A stretch of DNA of 64,000 bases, taken from the human T2T-CHM13v2.0 reference genome, Homo sapiens. The notes beneath the pieces are model-generated. The model was not told the origin of the DNA. It saw only the letters and a program-made list of their open reading frames with translations, and made no database searches. Location of the stretch: the NCBI RefSeq assembly GCF_009914755.1, contig NC_060947.1. One strand, given 5' to 3'. Both the position numbers and the translations under genes were made by a program. This document shows, in pieces, positions 58,590-64,000 of this stretch; the stretch's first letter is position 1; each line of letters starts with the position of its first letter.

Positions 58590-61500
58590 CATACTGATCT
58601 TTAAGAAAGGATATTGGGGTGTGAATTCTACCAGTGGCCTCAACTCTGAAGCATACACAATAAAGTAACTTGCCCTGCCTCTCAAAGTAAAGGAGTTCAT
58701 TCAACTCTAATATGAAGAAACTATTACTTACCCTACTCATACCGTGTGGGTGTTATGAGACTAATAGAAACATTTTTGCTAGGATACTGGAAATTTGGTA
58801 GCTGGGGTACAAGTCAAGTTCTTTATAGCAGACTCAACTACCCATTCAGAGTCTCTATGAGCCTGACCTTAACAAGTTTCTAAGTGAAAATTTATTGTCC
58901 TCACTCTTTACTGAAGAACTAATTTATGTCCTTCCCATCCCTCTTCTCCTTCTCTCTAATGATTCAGGGAAATATATATGTAAATCAAATCTCTGGAACA
59001 GTCCTGTAGGTATTTTGTATCATCAAAGCTCAATATGCAATCCAAACTCTAATAATGACCCTGGATCATGGCCATAATGATGAAATAAAAAAAAACACTG
59101 GTATGTATTTGGAGAAAAAAAATAAAACAATCAGATAAATGCAGGATATTTTTATTACAGGAATAGTATCATTCAGCTTATTTGGGGTAAGCATATGGGG
59201 TACTCTTCTATATCTCCAATCACCTGATTTTGGAACACAGGATTGGGATAATTTATTCTGATCCTTCCCCATGGCCACTAATTTTTACACAATTGAATTA
59301 TGGCTTCCTTCAACCTCTCTCAGCCATCTCCACCACAGAGCCTTTCTACTTTATCCTCCCCTGTCAGAGAATTTCCATGGCAGCAGGGCAAGCTGTAGTG
59401 GTAGACACTTTCTCCATAGGATCTCTCATATACAGGGACAGACACACCTTGTAAATACTTCCTTTTGGGATCTATTGTCACTTCATATAGCTAAAAATGA
59501 ATTGAGAAAAATGACAAATAGCCAGTGAATCTAGAATTCAGAATAAGAGTTGAAGGAAGGGGAATAATGAAACACAAGATTTACCTGTTTTCTTTTGACA
59601 TTTCCATTGGTCTGTCCAAATGGATTCTTACTGTACTGTACTTTATGTAAATAAACATGCACTCAGGTTTACTTACATTTTCTTGCTTCACAATTGCCAT
59701 CTTATTTAAATATATGTCTCTGGTTTGAAAAATAGTTTTAAAGCTTTAATGGTTTGGAACAGTTAGTAGAGTTAGCTCAGACTTATAGAGAGGCAGCCGC
59801 AAACTTACCTTTTACTTCAAACTTGTCAAATTGTCAAAAGTTTCACTATATATTGCATTGTTGCCTGCTAATAATGGTATAACGTGTGGTTTTATTGTCT
59901 CAGAACAAAAATGTAAAAGATGTCTTTGAAAACATTTGATATTTGATGTGCTTTAAATTGCCTTACAATCTTAAATTACTATATATATATATAATTATAA
60001 AATCTTATGGCCATTAAATGAACTTTTGTATAAAGATAAAGAATTTTTGGATCTGAGACTATTTTGTGGTTCAATTTCTACTTTCATTTGGGCCAAAAAA
60101 GGCCTGGGGTGACAAATCATCTCTGAGTCGGATGTATGGCTATGATACCACTATAATAGTGTGATTTTTTTTCCATTTCATATCTACCTCCCAAAGATAT
60201 TCCTGTAGATTCAGTCTTACACACTTAATTTGACTTGGAATTGTCTTAAGGATGCTTTTGAATTGTATTTCTAGTGCCACCAATGAATTTCATTTACTTC
60301 AATAATCTAGAGTTAATGTTTTAATCTCACTGTAATGTTAATGAAATAGCTACCATGTTTTATGCAGATGCTTGTTTTATTTAACCAATCAAATCAGAGT
60401 CACCTTAATGTTTATCTTTTATTTTTTTACTGAGTAGAAAAAGAATTATTTAAAAATAAATGTGAGCACAGGTTGTCATACTTTGAATATCAAGATGAAA
60501 ATAATGAAGCCTGCATATGAATTAGGCATAAGCTTTTTGTCTTTTATCCACTAAAAAGCACTATAAATCCTCCTATCATATTTCTGTGACTACCTATATT
60601 TCAACTTTTTTATTGCCCCATATGATCTGCAGAAATGAACTTTAAGTCCAGGGAATTTGTAGCATTATGATAATATTAACATTATTGCTAACTAATAGAA
60701 ACTTTTTTTTTCTGAGAACTCAGTTACTATTTCTAAGAAACCCAGGTGTGTGTCCAAAGCTGCAGAGAAGAATGTACCTGCAATCGTAGGTTCCTAATAT
60801 GGTGACATTAACTGTCTCTTTGTCTACTGAAGATGCTAAATTCTAAATATCTTATATGTGAGTGGGCTTTTCCCTTCAGTGGCATGATGAATAGCTGCGT
60901 AGTTATCCTCATGGTGTTTGCATTACATTTTGAACAAAGATTCTTTAACAGATGGCATGTATGAGCCTGCTGTAACTGTTATGTGTAAAGGAAAAAAAAA
61001 CACTGTGTACACATGAATCATTTCATAAGACCTAATAAATTCCTAGAAATTGCAGTAAAGTGATGCATTACATGTGCTAGACACGCAGAGTCATGTGAAA
61101 AATCTTTTGATTACTGGCACTTTCAATAAACGGGAGAACTAATAATGTTTTTAAAGCATATGGTACTTGTATAATCAAGGAAAGTTTCCTCAGCAACAAC
61201 AATTATATAAACCTCTTACAACCTCCTCCTCTAATTATCTGTTTTATTAGTAGATGCATATCGTCATCCATTAGGGAACACTTCAAAACGTAATGAGACA
61301 TTGTTATAATGAAGATATACACACATACACATGTTTATGTGTGTATGTATGTGTATCTCCATACATAAAGGGAAATCATCAAATAACATAGTCTATATAT
61401 CAAAATGTGGATGTCCTTATAATGAAAACAAAGCTATTTACAATTAATAAACTCAAGAGAGTTTATGAACTAAATCTATGGACCATTCATAATCAGTGTC

Positions 61501-63049
61501 AATAGTTCAATATACAGTATTAAGAATCATAGATCTCAGTGTTGGAAAAGACCTCATGGGCCATTTTGCTAATCTTCCACTATTTCACAAATGAGGTGGC
61601 TAAGACTAAAAGAAATTAAGTTATTCATGGTCACTGTGTGTGAATACATGCACACCCACACATATACTGATATCTTTCTGATGGACAAGGTGGACACATG
61701 TCATAGGATAGTGTAAAAAGAAATATCCTTATAACAAAGCCTTCTGACATGTTAAGGAACTAACGTTCCTTAGAAGGGGCACATCATGATAATACCTTAT
61801 ATGATTTCTGCTGAATAGCAAATAGTATGTTGAAAAGAACCTCCAGGCCTAATGCTTCACATCTCTCCAGCTGATTAACCCACTTCTAAGATACAGCATA
61901 ATCAGAGAGGATTGTAGCAGAGAAAGGACAAGAGTTGGCCTCTCTATTAAATGCCTACCACTTATAAATTTTGCTGTCAGTTATTTGCAAGTAATGATAG
62001 AGGGAGTGGTTCAAAGGAGGTTTCATCAAGAAGAGAGTAGTACAAAGTTCTAAACTGCTTTTATGCTCTCTTTCAAAGACTATGTGACCAGGACAAGTCA
62101 GATTTTACAAAAGGAATATAGCAGATACATTGTGCAATGCTGATCTCAGAGGCTAGGGCCAATACCCTTAGAATAGGCTAAATGTATTACTGAGATTTCA
62201 TGATAAGGAGTTATGTTTTAAGGGAGCATGATTTGACCTGTAGTATATCCAAATCTAAAGTATATTATAACAAGCTGCTATTGTATTCCTCTTCAGGTAT
62301 TTTTAAAGAATGAGTTAACCTTTGTGAAGTGTCGTGAGGCCATCAGGTTAAAGAAGCCTATATCAAATATCATTTTAGAGCTGTTAACAATACTCAATGT
62401 ACCTAGAAATACAGACTGAAAATAATCAGTAAACCATTCACTATAGTCCCCCTGGTATCAGAGCAGCACAGTTAACATGCTAACAGCTAAGCTTCATGTG
62501 CTTAGTGGAAGAAAATGATCAATGGCAAAGAGCATATCCACCTTGGAAATGACATGATCCATTATAAGAATCAGATGTTAAATTGCTTCCTGTACTGAGC
62601 ACACTCAATTAAAAGTCTGCACAGTGAGATCATCTCGATGGTTAAATATGCTCTGTGGGAACAACCTTTATGGAGCTTAAAAATCACAGAAGGACTATTC
62701 CTACCATGACACTGGAGATTTGGAAGGCATTTCCTTCCCTTATTTTTCAATCTGCTAGTTTTATTAGGAAGCCTTTTGCCTGAGAGGCTGCTGAGTTTTG
62801 GGTCATACCTATCCACCCTTTTGCTTCTGTGAACAAGAGATGATTCTAGTGATCTTTTTTCTTTGTGATCCAGAATGGATGAATGTGGCTTTGGTCCAGA
62901 CCTCTGTACAAAAATGTGTCATTTATGTACTTGGTATTTGATGTCCTTTATCTCCTTTTCAGCAAACTAATCTATTCACCTGAGTTCTGTCTCCTTGTCT
63001 AACTTTTCCTTCTTCCTTTGGCAGGAGTAGGGCCTGAGGGCTGAAAAGA

Positions 63050-63766
<717 letters not shown>

Positions 63767-64000
63767 CCAAGTGCTATTTTCTAACCCCTCTCATGTCTGT
63801 CCTTTCCTTTCCATCTACACTTAAATTCCCTTATATCAAGTTTGCGTCATTTTTTTGACTATATTCTACAAACCATTTACCGAATGGTAATGGTAATGGT
63901 AATCTCCAAGTCATTTACCGAACGACTTTGCTAAAATGCAAGCATGGTCATGACACTACCCTCTTTAAACACCTTAAATGGCTTTCCTATTGTCCTCAGG

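Overview
AT-rich, CpG-poor primate (most likely human/great-ape) intronic or intergenic DNA dominated by transposable elements. I could not support any host protein-coding gene, RNA gene or CRISPR-like system; nearly all short ORFs in the track are by-products of Alu, L1 or simple repeats. The main structure is a nested stack at ~6.6-21.1 kb. An old L1MA8-like 3' end is split by a near full-length minus-strand L1PA13-16/L1PREC2-like element. That element contains two AluS, an L1PA8-like 3' fragment, a full-length plus-strand L1PA3-like element (8940-15090; ORF1 with two nonsense codons, ORF2 open for 1157 aa, ORF0 open, YY1 site deleted) and a 328-bp tail-less, TSD-less fragment of a younger L1. 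The rest holds Alus (including an inverted pair 9 nt apart), MIR, L2, L3, L1M/L1PB pieces, MaLR solo LTRs, MER/Tigger DNA transposon relics, microsatellites and a few repeat-poor stretches that may be regulatory. Subfamily names come from recalled consensus diagnostics, not from a RepeatMasker run, and boundaries of old repeats are approximate. I found no convincing new biological system; the best leads are unusual retrotransposition and repair events.
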